NCBI GenBank assembly: GCA_963816355.1
Contig: CAWFKH010000004.1
Coordinates: 256,001-320,000, forward strand
Length of the DNA stretch: 64,000 nucleotides
Source: an uncultured Gemmatimonadales bacterium
GTDB lineage: Bacteria > Gemmatimonadota > Gemmatimonadetes > Longimicrobiales > RSA9
Reading direction: 5' to 3'
Positions 25,130 to 35,574 of the stretch are shown here, one piece after another (position 1 is the first letter of the stretch; each line of letters starts with the position of its first letter). The notes below the pieces were generated by a model. That model was not told where the DNA came from. It was given only the letters and a program-made list of their open reading frames with translations, and made no database searches. The translations under genes and the position numbers were made by a program.

Positions 25130-26065
25130 TCAGGCGCGCGGGTGCGCCTGGTCGTAGACGCGCTTGAGGTGCTCCTTCGAGGTGTGCGTGTAGATGCGGG
25201 TGGTGGAGAGTGAGACGTGGCCGAGCAGGTCCTTGACGGCGATCAGGTCCGCGCCGGCGTCGAGCAGGTGGGTGGCGAAGGAGTGGCGGAGCGAGTGGGT
25301 CGACACGTCGGCGTCGGCGGCGATCCGCCCGAGCACCTCGCCGACGATGTTCTGGAGCTGGCGGTGCGAGAGGCGTCGGCCCCGCTCCGAGACGAAGGCG
25401 GCGCGCTCGTCCTCCGCGGAGCGCGGCACTTCGGCGCGGCGCAGCTCGTAGCGACGCAGCGCCCGCACGGCGGCGCCACCGAGGGGCACGAGGCGCTCCT
25501 TGCGGCCCTTGCCGAGCACGCGAGCCTGATCGCCGACGAGGTCGAGATCGCTCCAGTCGAGACGCTGCAGCTCCGAGAGCCGCATACCGGTCGCGTAGAA
25601 GGTCTCCAGGATGGCGAGGTCACGCGTGCCGCGGAAGTCGTTGTCGGCGGCGCGGCTCTCGGCGGCGACGAAGAGGCGGTCGATGTCGGCGCGGGAAAGC
25701 CAGGCGGGGAGGGTGCGCTCGAGCTTGGGCGAGCGAACGGTGCGCGCCGGGTTGGCCTCGACGACGCCTTCGCGGTGAAGGAAGCGGAAGAGCGAGCGCA
25801 CGGCGGACAGCTTGCGCGCGATGCTGCGGCGCGCGAGCCCGCGCCGCGTCAGCTCGCCGAGGAAGCCACGCAGCGTGAGCCGGTCGATGCCTCCCCAGCT
25901 CCATCCCTCGGCCCCGTAGTAGCGGGCGAGGAAGCGGGTGAACTCGGCGAGGTCCCGGCGGTACGCGGCGACGGTGTGGGCGCTGAGCTGGCGGCCGTCC
26001 TCGATATGGCGGAGGAACGCCGCGACGGAGGCGTCGCGCGGCTCGCTCGACGGCGGGACCGTCAT
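25130..26065 (-). CDS. xerC: tyrosine recombinase XerC
   Basis: [27 protein letters not shown] and [13 protein letters not shown]; topA-trmFO-xerC-hslVU context. Confidence 0.9.
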   Translation of the reverse strand: MTVPPSSEPRDASVAAFLRHIEDGRQLSAHTVAAYRRDLAEFTRFLARYYGAEGWSWGGIDRLTLRGFLGELTRRGLARRSIARKLSAVRSLFRFLHREGVVEANPARTVRSPKLERTLPAWLSRADIDRLFVAAESRAADNDFRGTRDLAILETFYATGMRLSELQRLDWSDLDLVGDQARVLGKGRKERLVPLGGAAVRALRRYELRRAEVPRSAEDERAAFVSERGRRLSHRQLQNIVGEVLGRIAADADVSTHSLRHSFATHLLDAGADLIAVKDLLGHVSLSTTRIYTHTSKEHLKRVYDQAHPRA

Positions 26066-27405
26066 GCGGCGGCGCCTGCGTGGAGCGTCGCCGGCTCGAT
26101 GCCGTGCTCCTCCATCCAGCCGGCGAGGGCGGCGGCGGCGATCTCGGCGGTGCGCTCGCGCCGCGCGCGCTTGTCGCGGATCCTCTCCGGCGGCGTGTCG
26201 ATCAGCCCGAAGTTGGAGTTCATCGGCTGGAACGCGCCCGGTTTCGCCTCGCGCAGGTAGCGGTAGAGGCCGCCGATCATGGTGGTGGGCGGCGGCAGCA
26301 CCGCATCGAGCCCGCGCAGCAGGCGGTCGAGGTTGAGGCCGGCGAGGATGCCGGAGGCGGCGGACTCCGTGTAGCCCTCGACGCCGGTGAGCTGTCCCGC
26401 GACGAGCAGATCGGGTCGTCCGCGCGGCGCGCCGCAGGGCGTGAGCACCGCGGGGAAGTTCAGGTAAGTGTTGCGGTGGATCGAGCCGGTGCGCAGGAAC
26501 TCGGCGTCGCGCAGTGCGGGGATCATGCGGAAGACGCGGCGCTGTTCGCCGGTGCGGAGCCGCGTCTGAAAGCCGACGAGGTTCCACATGCGCCCGTCGG
26601 TGTCCTCGCGGCGCAACTGGAGCACGGCCCAGGGGCGGCGGCCGGTGCGCGGATCGCGGAGCCCGACCGGCTTCATCGGTCCGAAGCGGAGCGAGTCGGC
26701 GCCGCGCTCCGCCATCACCTCGATCGGCAGGCAGCCCTCGAAGTAGGGGATCGCCTCCCAGTCGTGACCGGGATAGACGTCTGCGGCGCGCAGCTCGCGA
26801 ACGAAGGTGTCGTAGCCTTCGCGGTCGAGCGGGCAGTTGAGGTAGTCGTCGCCCTCGCCTTTGCCGTAGCGGGAGGCGAGGAAGGCGTGCTCCATGTCGA
26901 CGGAGTCGCCCGCGACGATCGGCGCGATCGAGTCGTAGAACGCGAGGCCTTCGTCGTCGACCAGGAGGGCGAGCGCGGCGGCGAGAGGCCCGGAGGTGAG
27001 CGGGCCGGTGGCGAGGACCGCCGGCCCCGGTGGCAGCTCGCGCGCCTCCTCGCGCCGGACGGTGATGCGCGGGTGCGTGTGGACGAGCTCCGTCATGCGG
27101 GCTGCGAAGGCATCGCGGTCGACCGCGAGCGCGGAGCCGGCGGCGACGCGGGTGTCGTCGGCCGCAGCGAGGAGCAGCGAGCCGAGGGCGCGCATCTCCC
27201 GCTTCAGCAGGCCGTGCGCGTTGGCCGGGTCCTCGCTCTTGAAGGAGTTCGTGCAGACGAGCTCGGCGAGGCGATCGGTGCGGTGCGCCTCGGTGGAGCG
27301 CGCGGGCCGCATCTCGAGCAGGACGACGTCGTGACCGCGCGACGCGAGCTGCGAGGCGGCCTCGCAGCCCGCCAGCCCGCCGCCGATCACGGTGACGTCC
27401 GCCAC
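26062..27405 (-). CDS. trmFO: folate/FAD-dependent tRNA m5U54 methyltransferase TrmFO
   Basis: GGGLAGCEAA, ELVCTNS, FEGCLPIE and GQLTGVEGY. Confidence 0.95.
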   Translation of the reverse strand: MADVTVIGGGLAGCEAASQLASRGHDVVLLEMRPARSTEAHRTDRLAELVCTNSFKSEDPANAHGLLKREMRALGSLLLAAADDTRVAAGSALAVDRDAFAARMTELVHTHPRITVRREEARELPPGPAVLATGPLTSGPLAAALALLVDDEGLAFYDSIAPIVAGDSVDMEHAFLASRYGKGEGDDYLNCPLDREGYDTFVRELRAADVYPGHDWEAIPYFEGCLPIEVMAERGADSLRFGPMKPVGLRDPRTGRRPWAVLQLRREDTDGRMWNLVGFQTRLRTGEQRRVFRMIPALRDAEFLRTGSIHRNTYLNFPAVLTPCGAPRGRPDLLVAGQLTGVEGYTESAASGILAGLNLDRLLRGLDAVLPPPTTMIGGLYRYLREAKPGAFQPMNSNFGLIDTPPERIRDKRARRERTAEIAAAALAGWMEEHGIEPATLHAGAAA

Positions 27406-27406
27406 G

Positions 27407-29743
27407 TCACGCCTCCGCGGGGCCGTCGTCGCTGGCTTCGTCGCCGGCTTCCTCGTCGCCGCCGCCCACGCTGGCGGGCGCGAACTCGCCCTTGCAGGTG
27501 AGGCATTTGAGGAACTCGCCGCGCGCCTTCGTGCTCTTGCGGACGAGGAAGGGCACGCCGCAGTCGGGGCACGGCTCGGCGACCGGCTCGTCCCAGGTCG
27601 ACCAGTCGCACTCGGGATAGCGGGTGCAGCCCCAGAACGGCTTGCCGCGCCGCGTCCGCTTCTCCGCCACGCCGCCCTCGCCGCACTTGGGGCAGGTGAG
27701 GCCGGGGATGGTCCACGGCTGCGTGTGCTTGCACTTCGGGTAGTTGCTGCACGCGATGAAGGGGCCGTAGCGGCCCTGCCTGACGACGAGCTCGGCGCCG
27801 CACTTGGGGCACTTCTCGCCGATCGGCTTCGGCTCCTCGCGCTCCTCGCCTTCGAGCGGCTGGGTGTGGCGGCAGTCGGGGTAGCCGGTGCAGGCAAGGA
27901 AGCGGCCGCGGCGGCCCCACTTGACCTGCATCGGCTTGCCGCACTCGGGGCACGTCTGGTCGCCGGTCTGCACGACCTCGCGCAGCACGTCCTCGGTGCG
28001 CTCCTCGCTCGCGCTGAGCCGTTCCTGGAAGGGGCCGTAGAAGTCCGAGAGGACGCTGCGCCAGTCGAGGGCGCCTTCCTCGATGCGGTCGAGCTCGTTC
28101 TCCATCTCGCTGGTGAAGGAGACGTTGAAGAGGTCGGGGAAGAGACGGACGAGGACACCGGCGACGGTCTCTCCGAGCGGCGTCGGATGGAAGCGCTTCT
28201 GCTCCAGCTCGGCGTAGTGGCGATCGAGCAGGGTCGAGATGATCTGGGCGTAGGTGGACGGGCGGCCGATCCCCTGCTTCTCGAGCTCCTTGACCAGGCT
28301 CGCCTCGCTGAAGCGGGGCGGCGGCTGGGTGAAATGCTGCTCCGGCCGGATCTCGCGCAGGTCGCAGCCGTCGCCGGGCTCGAGGTAGGGCAGCGCGGCC
28401 TCGTCGTCAAGGGTGCGGTGGTCGCCGTCCTCGCGCGCCTCGCGATAGAGGCGGGTGAAGCCGTCGAACTTCATGACGGAGCCGGTGGCGCGGAAGAGGT
28501 AGCGCGGCGTGCCGTCGCGGCCGAGGTCGAAGTCGACGGTGGTCGTGTCGTAGACGGCGCTTTCCATCTGGCCGGCGACGAAGCGGAGCCAGACGAGCTC
28601 GTAGAGGCGGGCCTGGTCGCGGTCGAGGTAGCGACGGACCTCGTCGGGATGGCGCGCCGCGTCGGTGGGGCGGATCGCTTCGTGCGCCTCCTGCGCGCCC
28701 TTCTGCTGCTTGCCGCCGTAGAGGCGGCCGTTCTTCGGCAGGTAGCGCTCGCCGAAGGCGTGCTCGATCCACGCGCGGGCGCCGTCGACGGCCTGTCGCC
28801 CGACGCGGGTCGAGTCGGTCCGCATGTAGGTGATGAGGCCGGCGGAGCCCTCGCCGCCGAGATCGACGCCCTCGTAGAGCTGCTGCGCCGTGCGCATGGT
28901 GCGCTTGGCGGAGAAGCCGAGCCGCTTGGCCGCCTCCTGCTGCAGGGTGGAGGTGGTGAAGGGCGCGGGCGGGTTCTTGCGCTTCTCGCGGCGCTTGACG
29001 TCCGTGACGGAGAACGGCAGGCCGTCGATGTCGCTCAGGACGCGAGCAGCGGCGGCCTCGTTCTCGAGCGTGAAGGAGTGGCCGTCGATGTGGTGGAGCT
29101 TGGCCTCGAAGCGCTCGTCGTGCGCCTCGAGGTGCGCCGTGATCGACCAGTACTCCTGGGCGACGAAGGCGCGGATCTCGACCTCGCGCTCGACGATCAG
29201 CCGCAGCGCGACCGTCTGCACGCGTCCGGCGCTCAGGCCGGGACGGATCGGCTTCCACAGGATCGGGCTGACCTGATAGCCGACGAGGCGGTCGAGGATG
29301 CGGCGCGCCTGCTGCGCCTCGACCTTGCGCATGTCCAGCTTGATGGGGCGCTCGAGCGCGTCGTGGATGGCGTCGCGGGTGATCTCGTGGAAGAGGACGC
29401 GGCGGAAGCGGTCGCCGTCGCGGCCGTCGTAGCCGAGCTGCTCGGCGACGTGATAGGCGATCGCCTCCCCCTCGCGGTCGGGGTCGGTGGCGAGGAGGAT
29501 CTCCTCGGCCGCGTTCGCCTCGCGACGCAGGTCCTGGATGATGCGACCCTTGCCGCGGATCGTGACGTACTTCGGCTCGAAGCCGTGCTCGACGTCGACG
29601 CCCAGCTCGCGCTGGGGCAGGTCCCGGATGTGGCCCACCGAGGCCTTGACGCTGTAGCCCTTCCCCAGGTACTTGCCGATCGTGCGCGCCTTCGCCGGCG
29701 ATTCGACGATGACGAGCCTGCCCGCCCTGCCGCTTCGTGCCAT
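27407..29743 (-). CDS. topA: DNA topoisomerase I with three C-terminal zinc ribbons
   Basis: IVESPAK, ATDPDREGE, SAGRVQ and ITYMRTDS. Confidence 0.97.
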   Translation of the reverse strand: MARSGRAGRLVIVESPAKARTIGKYLGKGYSVKASVGHIRDLPQRELGVDVEHGFEPKYVTIRGKGRIIQDLRREANAAEEILLATDPDREGEAIAYHVAEQLGYDGRDGDRFRRVLFHEITRDAIHDALERPIKLDMRKVEAQQARRILDRLVGYQVSPILWKPIRPGLSAGRVQTVALRLIVEREVEIRAFVAQEYWSITAHLEAHDERFEAKLHHIDGHSFTLENEAAAARVLSDIDGLPFSVTDVKRREKRKNPPAPFTTSTLQQEAAKRLGFSAKRTMRTAQQLYEGVDLGGEGSAGLITYMRTDSTRVGRQAVDGARAWIEHAFGERYLPKNGRLYGGKQQKGAQEAHEAIRPTDAARHPDEVRRYLDRDQARLYELVWLRFVAGQMESAVYDTTTVDFDLGRDGTPRYLFRATGSVMKFDGFTRLYREAREDGDHRTLDDEAALPYLEPGDGCDLREIRPEQHFTQPPPRFSEASLVKELEKQGIGRPSTYAQIISTLLDRHYAELEQKRFHPTPLGETVAGVLVRLFPDLFNVSFTSEMENELDRIEEGALDWRSVLSDFYGPFQERLSASEERTEDVLREVVQTGDQTCPECGKPMQVKWGRRGRFLACTGYPDCRHTQPLEGEEREEPKPIGEKCPKCGAELVVRQGRYGPFIACSNYPKCKHTQPWTIPGLTCPKCGEGGVAEKRTRRGKPFWGCTRYPECDWSTWDEPVAEPCPDCGVPFLVRKSTKARGEFLKCLTCKGEFAPASVGGGDEEAGDEASDDGPAEA

Positions 29744-29765
29744 TCGCTCTCCGTTGTTCAACGTC

Positions 29766-30302
29766 TCAGAGCGCCACCGCGTCGAGTCGTGCGACGACGT
29801 CCGTCACCACCTCGACCACGTCACGCCCATCCGTCTCCACCGCGAAATCGGCCTTCCGGTACTCCGCCTCGCGCGCCGCGAGCAGCGCGCGGGCCGCCCG
29901 GAGCGGATCGGCCGCGTCCAGCAGCGGCCGCGTCACGCCGCTCGACGCCGCCCGCCGCACCGCTTCCTCGGCGGAGACGCGCAGCCAGACGACGACGCTG
30001 CCCTCGCGCACGGTGTCGAGGAGTCCCGGCTCCGCGACCCAGCCGCCGCCCGGCGCGATCACGAGCAGGCCCCGCGCGGCGGCGGCGGCGAGGTCCGCCG
30101 TCGCCTCCGCTTCCAGCCGCCGGAACGCCGCCTCGCCTTCCGCGGCGAAGATCTCGGCGATCGTGCGGCCGGCGCGCGCCTCGATCAGGTCGTCGAGGTC
30201 CACGAAGCGGCCGCCGAGCCGCTCGGCGAGGCGAGCGCCCACGGTGGACTTGCCCGCGGCCATGAAGCCGACGAGCACGATGCGGCGGACGTCGGGCTTC
30301 AC
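29766..30302 (-). CDS. aroK: shikimate kinase
   Basis: GFMAAGKST, DLD, GEAAFR, GGG and RPLL. Confidence 0.92.
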   Translation of the reverse strand: MKPDVRRIVLVGFMAAGKSTVGARLAERLGGRFVDLDDLIEARAGRTIAEIFAAEGEAAFRRLEAEATADLAAAAARGLLVIAPGGGWVAEPGLLDTVREGSVVVWLRVSAEEAVRRAASSGVTRPLLDAADPLRAARALLAAREAEYRKADFAVETDGRDVVEVVTDVVARLDAVAL

Positions 30303-31507
30303 TCGCGGCGCGGCCTGCGCGACTCCAGCGACCCGAGATACCCCTCGAAGTTCCGCCGCATCTCGGCGAGGGAGTCGCCGCCGAACTTCTCGAGCATCGC
30401 GTCCGCCAGGACGATCGCGACCATCGCTTCGCCGACGACGCCGGCGGCGGCGAGCGCAACGACGTCGCTGCGCTCGCGGATCGCGTCCGCGGGATCGCCG
30501 GACGTGAGGTCGACGCTCCGGAGCGGACGCATGAGCGAGGAGAGCGGCTTCATCGCGACGCGCACGACGACCGGCTCGCCGGTGGTGGTGCCGCCCTCCA
30601 GGCCGCCGGCGTTGTTGGATGTGCGATGGTACCCGCCCGTGCGCAGGCGGTTCGGCGCGTACTCGATCTCGTCGTGTACCTCCGAGCCGAAGCGGCGGGC
30701 GGCGTCGAAGCCCATGCCGATCTCGACGCCCTTCATCGCCTGGATGGACATGAGGGCGCCGGCGAGGCGGCCGTCGAGGCGGCGGTCCCAGGCGACGTGG
30801 CTGCCGAGCCCGACCGGCGCTCCGCGCGCGACCACCTCGAATACGCCGCCGAGCGTGTTGCCCTCGCGCTGCGCGTCGTCGATCAGCTCGATCATGCGCC
30901 GCTCGGCGTCGGCGTCGAGCGTGCGCAGCGGCGAGGCGTCCGCGGCGGCGTTCAGGTCCGCCGGGAGCGAGGCGCGATCGACGCTCGCCTCGACGGAGCC
31001 GAGGCGGACGATGTGGCTGCCGACGGTGATGTCGAACGCGGCGAGCAGGCGCTTCGCGATGGCGCCGGCGGCGACGCGCGCGGTGGTCTCACGGGCCGAG
31101 GCGCGCTCCAGGATGTCGCGCGCGTCGCCGCGTCCGTACTTGAGGACGCCGACGAGGTCGGCGTGGCCGGGGCGTGGGAGGTGGACGCGGCGCAGCTCCT
31201 CGTCCGTGGCGCCTTGCGCGGGCGGCTCGGCGGCCATCGGGACGCGCCAGTTGTCCCAGTCGCGGTTCCACACGAGGAGCGCGATCGGCGCTCCGATCGT
31301 CTCGCCGAGGCGGATGCCGGCGAGGACCTCGGCGCGGTCACGCTCGATCTTCATGCGGCCGCCGCGGCCGTAGCCGCCCTGCCGCCGCTTCAGCTCGGGG
31401 TCGACGTCGCGCTCGACGACGAGGTCGAGCCCGGCGGGCACGCCCTCGACGAGCGTGACGAGGCCGCGGCCGTGGGATTCGCCCGCCGTCCGGAACCGGA
31501 ATCGCAT
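30299..31507 (-). CDS. aroC: chorismate synthase
   Basis: TAGESHG, RPGHAD, ERASARET and NNAGGLEGG. Confidence 0.96.
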   Translation of the reverse strand: MRFRFRTAGESHGRGLVTLVEGVPAGLDLVVERDVDPELKRRQGGYGRGGRMKIERDRAEVLAGIRLGETIGAPIALLVWNRDWDNWRVPMAAEPPAQGATDEELRRVHLPRPGHADLVGVLKYGRGDARDILERASARETTARVAAGAIAKRLLAAFDITVGSHIVRLGSVEASVDRASLPADLNAAADASPLRTLDADAERRMIELIDDAQREGNTLGGVFEVVARGAPVGLGSHVAWDRRLDGRLAGALMSIQAMKGVEIGMGFDAARRFGSEVHDEIEYAPNRLRTGGYHRTSNNAGGLEGGTTTGEPVVVRVAMKPLSSLMRPLRSVDLTSGDPADAIRERSDVVALAAAGVVGEAMVAIVLADAMLEKFGGDSLAEMRRNFEGYLGSLESRRPRRE

Positions 31508-31564
31508 GGTCAAACCGGGCTGAGGAAGCGTTGCCGTGGGGTCGCGACCGCGACCCGCAAGCGA

Positions 31565-31590
31565 GAGAGCCCGGCACGTGCCGGGCTCTC
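31565..31590. other. perfect 26-bp palindrome in the aroC leader
   Basis: GAGAGCCCGGCAC|GTGCCGGGCTCTC. Confidence 0.75.
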
Positions 31591-31604
31591 CGCAGAACGA
31601 GGCT

Positions 31605-33244
31605 CTATATACCGGGCGGGGCGGCCCGCTGTCCAGCGGCCGCGGCCGCGAGGGGCGCCCGGCGCCCGGGCGGCGCGGCCCGCGCGCGGCCCGGCGGCGC
31701 GCCGCGGAGGCGCGCGTCCTGTCCGCGGACCGCGGCGGCCTCCGGGCTGGCGCACGCGGCGTTGGCGCGGGTGGCGGCGTCCGCGTCGGAGACACATGGG
31801 GTCGCCGGGCGCGGGCCGGCGGCGGAGGCGTTCGGAGCGAGCGGAGCGGCGCCGGCGGCGGTGCTGTCACGAGAGATTCCGACGTCCACCGTGTACACCG
31901 CGCTGAGCACGCCCGCGGCGTCCGTCGCCGTGACGCGGATCGTGGCGGCGCCCTGCGACACGCTATCCGGGACGGCGATGGCGAAGTCGCGGGTCACATC
32001 GGAGGCGGCGGGTGCGACCTGCACCTGCTCGTCGTCGGCGAAGGCACCGCGCACCCCGACGGCGATCGCGGCGATGTTGCGGGCGCCCGCGGCGCGGACG
32101 CGGACGTCGAGGACGCCGCCGGCGGGGACGGCGTCGGGTACGGTGACGGAGAGAATGCGCGGAGCGGAGACGTCGACCGCGACGGTGTCCTCGAGGATCG
32201 CACGGGCACCGGAGCGGTCGTAGGCGAGGGCGCGAACGATGAGCAGGGGCCCCGGAATGGCGGCCGGCACGACGAAGGAGACGTCCTGGACCACGTGGGG
32301 CGACGCCGGCGCCACGGCCAGCTCGTCGTCGGACGTGACGTCGCCGCGATACTGCAGCACGATGCGGTCGATGCCGCGCGCGGAGGCGGCGTCGACGGCG
32401 AAGTCGATCGTCTGACCCGGCCGCGCCGTCGCAGGCAGCCCGAGGCCGAGCACCTGCGGCGCACCGATGCGGATCGGCACGGGCGTGGACGCAGCGGGGC
32501 CGGTGCGGCCGCCGTCGTCGATGGCGCGGACTTCGGCGGTGAGCACGGTGTCGAGGAAGAGCTGCGGCAGTCGCACCTGGGTGGCGCCGGCGAGCTGACG
32601 GCGGGGCGGCGACACCTGCAGCGTCGTGTCCGTGCGCGCGGCGCCGCTCAGCTTCACGCGGAGCGCGACGATGGTGCCGCTCACCCCGAAGGCGTTCACG
32701 TCGAGCGACGAGGATACCGCCGGCGGCTCACGGCGGTCGGCGGTGGCAGGACGGAGCTGACGACGGGCGGCCCGACGACGCGGATGGTGGCGCTCTGCGA
32801 GACGCTGCGCCCGCCGGCGGCGTCGACCGCCGTGACGACGGCGCTCAGCAGGGTATCGACGACGGCGATCGGCACCGCGACGCGCAGGTCCGCGCTGGCG
32901 ACGATCGCGGGCGAGTCCAGCTCGACGATCGTGTCGGCCGAGAACGCGCCCGCGAACGAGACGGCGAAGGAGGAGATCGGCTCGGACCCGCTCGCGGCCA
33001 TCGTGAGCGTGACGGTGTCGCCCGCGGTGACCGCGTCGGCGACGAAGGCGACGCCGGTGATGGCCGGCGGCTGCGTCTGCGCCGCGCCGTCGAACAGGTT
33101 GTCGCCGTTGCAGGCGGCGAGGCTCGACGCGGCGGTGAGCGCGAGGAGCAGGCGCGGCAGGCGCCGGTGCCGGAGCGGGCCGGGCGGAGCGGGCGCGGGA
33201 CGGAGCCGCGCGTGCGGCCGCGCGCGGTCGCCGGCGCGGCTCAC
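31605..33244 (-). pseudogene. lipoprotein with ~4 Ig-like beta-rich repeats, split by an apparent frameshift near 32700-32735
   Basis: LAAC lipobox in ORF 32696-33244; the repeat pattern continues in ORF 31605-32699. Confidence 0.55.
31606..31635 (-). promoter_or_regulatory. possible sigma70-type promoter for aroC
   Basis: Minus strand reads TGGACA-N18-TATATA. Confidence 0.45.
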
Positions 33245-35100
33245 GCGCCCTCCCGAACGATGTGGGGCGTCACCATGATGAGCAGATCGCGCTTCGTCTC
33301 GTTGTTGGACGTGGTCCGGAAGAGCGGACCGATGAGCGGCAGGTGCATGAGGAGCGGGATTCCGGTCTTCGACGACGTCTTCTCGATCACGGTGAGGCCA
33401 CCGATGACCGCGGTCTCGCCGTCATTGACGAGGACCTGCGTGTCGGAGCGCTGGGTCTGGAACGTGATGCCCAGGTCGGACGGCGCGGCCGCGATGTTGG
33501 AGCGTTCGGCGTGCAGCTCGAGCACGACCTGATCGCCGGTCACGTGGGGCGTCACCTTCAGGATGACGCCGGTCTGCTTGAACTGGACGGTGGCGGTCGG
33601 AAAGCTGCGCGCGTTGCCTCCGGTCCCGCCGCCCGCGCCGAGGTCGATCGTCCGCACGGGCGTATCCTCACCGACCTGGATTTCCGCCTCGCGGTTGTCC
33701 AGCACGGTCACGACGGGCGCCGCCTGGATGTCGCTGAGCTGGAGGCTCTCGAGCGCTTCCAGGAACGTGACCAGCGAGTGGCGGCCGAGGAGCAGCGTCG
33801 TCACGAGCCGGAGCGCGGGTGAGGTGAGACGCGCACGCGCGTTCGCCAGCGCCGCGACCGAGTTGCCGCCCAGCGAGATGACGTCATTGCTGGTGGCCTC
33901 GTCCGGCGTGAAGACCCCGTCGCCGTTCTTGTCGAGAAATCCCTGGACGACGGTGTTGAGCTGGCTCCCGCGCGAGTCCTTCAGGTCGTAGACGACGCCG
34001 AGCTCCTCCAGCGCGGTGCGGTCGACGAAGATGATCTTGGCGGAGATCGTCACCTGCGGCGTTCGCACGTCGAGCTGCTCGATCAGGGGCGCGACGCGCT
34101 GGATCACGGACCGGCCGTCGGTGACGATCAACGTGTTGGTCGACTTGCTCGTGGTGGCGCTGCCGCGCTCGCTCAGCAGCGGCTTGATCGAGGCGAGAAC
34201 GGAGTCGACGCTGGTGTAGCGGATGCGGAAGTAGCGGGTGACGAGCTCCTCGTTCTTCTCCTGCGTGCGGAGGTCCTCGAGCTTCACGACCTGCAGGATG
34301 CCGCTCTGGCGTTCGATGACGGCGTAACCCTGCGCCTCCAGGATCGCCTCGAGCGCCTGGTCCCACGGCTGGTCGTTGATCTCGGCCGTGACCGTGCCCG
34401 TTACGTTGCTGCCGGCCACGATGCTGCGCCCGGCGAAGGAGGCGAACGTAGAGATGACGTCGAGGATCGGCGCCTCGTCGAACGTGACGCTGATGCGCGG
34501 CTCCTGGCGCTGCGCGGGCGGGGCGGCTGCCGATTGCGCGGGCGCCGGCGCGGCTGGCCGGTTCGTCGTCCGCGCAGCGTCCGATGATGCCGGCGCGCCC
34601 GCCGCGGCGGTGCTCGGCGCCGACGCCGTTTCGGTGCTCGAGGCCGACGCCGTTTCGGTGCTCGCCGCCGCGGTCGCGGGCTGGGCGGGGGACGCCGCGA
34701 TCGCGGCCCCGGGCCGCGGACTCGTCCACGGCTGGAAGGGTCCGGCGGGGTTGAGGAAGGAGAGGCGCACCGCGTCGGCACCGGGTACCACCTGATAGTC
34801 GACCGGCGCGGAGAGCTCGACGACGACGCGGACGACATCGGCGCTGTACTGGCTCGCGTGGAGCGCCCGGATGCCGCCGCGGTCGATGCCGACGAAGAGG
34901 TCCGAGGACAGCTCCTGGCGGGCTCCCTTCAGATCGACGACGAGGCGGTCCGGCTCCGTGAGCGCGAAGTGGTCCACGGTGACGGCGCCGTCGACCTGGA
35001 TGACGACTTCGGTGCGGTCCCGGACGGGCACGACGCGCAGGCCGGAGACGTTCGCGGGCGCGGGGGCCAGCGCGAGGAGCAACGCGACGAGCGGGATCAT
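33241..35100 (-). CDS. pilQ: type IV pilus secretin PilQ (AMIN + STN/N + secretin)
   Basis: PDRLVVDL (AMIN), PWDQAL, LDVRTPQVTISAKI, LKVTPHV, VIGGL and LLIMVTPHIV. Confidence 0.93.
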   Translation of the reverse strand: MIPLVALLLALAPAPANVSGLRVVPVRDRTEVVIQVDGAVTVDHFALTEPDRLVVDLKGARQELSSDLFVGIDRGGIRALHASQYSADVVRVVVELSAPVDYQVVPGADAVRLSFLNPAGPFQPWTSPRPGAAIAASPAQPATAAASTETASASSTETASAPSTAAAGAPASSDAARTTNRPAAPAPAQSAAAPPAQRQEPRISVTFDEAPILDVISTFASFAGRSIVAGSNVTGTVTAEINDQPWDQALEAILEAQGYAVIERQSGILQVVKLEDLRTQEKNEELVTRYFRIRYTSVDSVLASIKPLLSERGSATTSKSTNTLIVTDGRSVIQRVAPLIEQLDVRTPQVTISAKIIFVDRTALEELGVVYDLKDSRGSQLNTVVQGFLDKNGDGVFTPDEATSNDVISLGGNSVAALANARARLTSPALRLVTTLLLGRHSLVTFLEALESLQLSDIQAAPVVTVLDNREAEIQVGEDTPVRTIDLGAGGGTGGNARSFPTATVQFKQTGVILKVTPHVTGDQVVLELHAERSNIAAAPSDLGITFQTQRSDTQVLVNDGETAVIGGLTVIEKTSSKTGIPLLMHLPLIGPLFRTTSNNETKRDLLIMVTPHIVREGA

Positions 35101-35573
35101 CGCGCGCCTCCGCGCTGGCCGGGTCGCTTCAGCTCGAGCACCTCCTCGCGGGCGGCGCCGAAGCTCATGACCTGAAAGACGACACGGGTGCGCTCGATCG
35201 AGAGGACGCGGGCGTTGCCGACGGTCTCGCCCTGACGGACGCGGTATACCTTGCCGGACGGGTCGCCCAGGAGGGCCATGCTCTCCTTCCGCGCAGCGGA
35301 GAAGATCAATCCCTGGAGCGAGAGCGCCTCGAAGCGAGGGCCGAGCGCGTGCGCGTCATCTCCCACCAGCGGGGCGAACGGATCGCGGCGCCCGGTCGCG
35401 GGATAGTCGAAGACCTCGCGGTCGTAGACCAGCTTGATGGGGCCCGGAGGCGGCGCCTTCGCCGCCGAGTCCGGCCGTGGAGCCGAGGGTCGCGGGCGCG
35501 CCGCCTGCGCGGAGAGGGGTCCTCCGCTCAGGAGCAGGCCGAGGCCGACGGCGAATGTGACGAGTGGTTTCAC
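35097..35573 (-). CDS. pilP: PilP-like protein
   Basis: RRDPF motif and VRQGETVG; lies between pilO and pilQ. Confidence 0.7.
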   Translation of the reverse strand: MKPLVTFAVGLGLLLSGGPLSAQAARPRPSAPRPDSAAKAPPPGPIKLVYDREVFDYPATGRRDPFAPLVGDDAHALGPRFEALSLQGLIFSAARKESMALLGDPSGKVYRVRQGETVGNARVLSIERTRVVFQVMSFGAAREEVLELKRPGQRGGAR

Positions 35574-35574
35574 G

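Noticed and set aside
25130..26065. Tyrosine recombinase as a mobile-element integrase
   Set aside because: XerC-like sequence in the conserved topA-trmFO-xerC-hslVU housekeeping context, with no att sites or cargo.
34619..34664. 24-bp tandem repeat in pilQ as a phase-variation site
   Set aside because: In-frame duplication (STETASA twice) in a low-complexity linker; it does not shift the frame.
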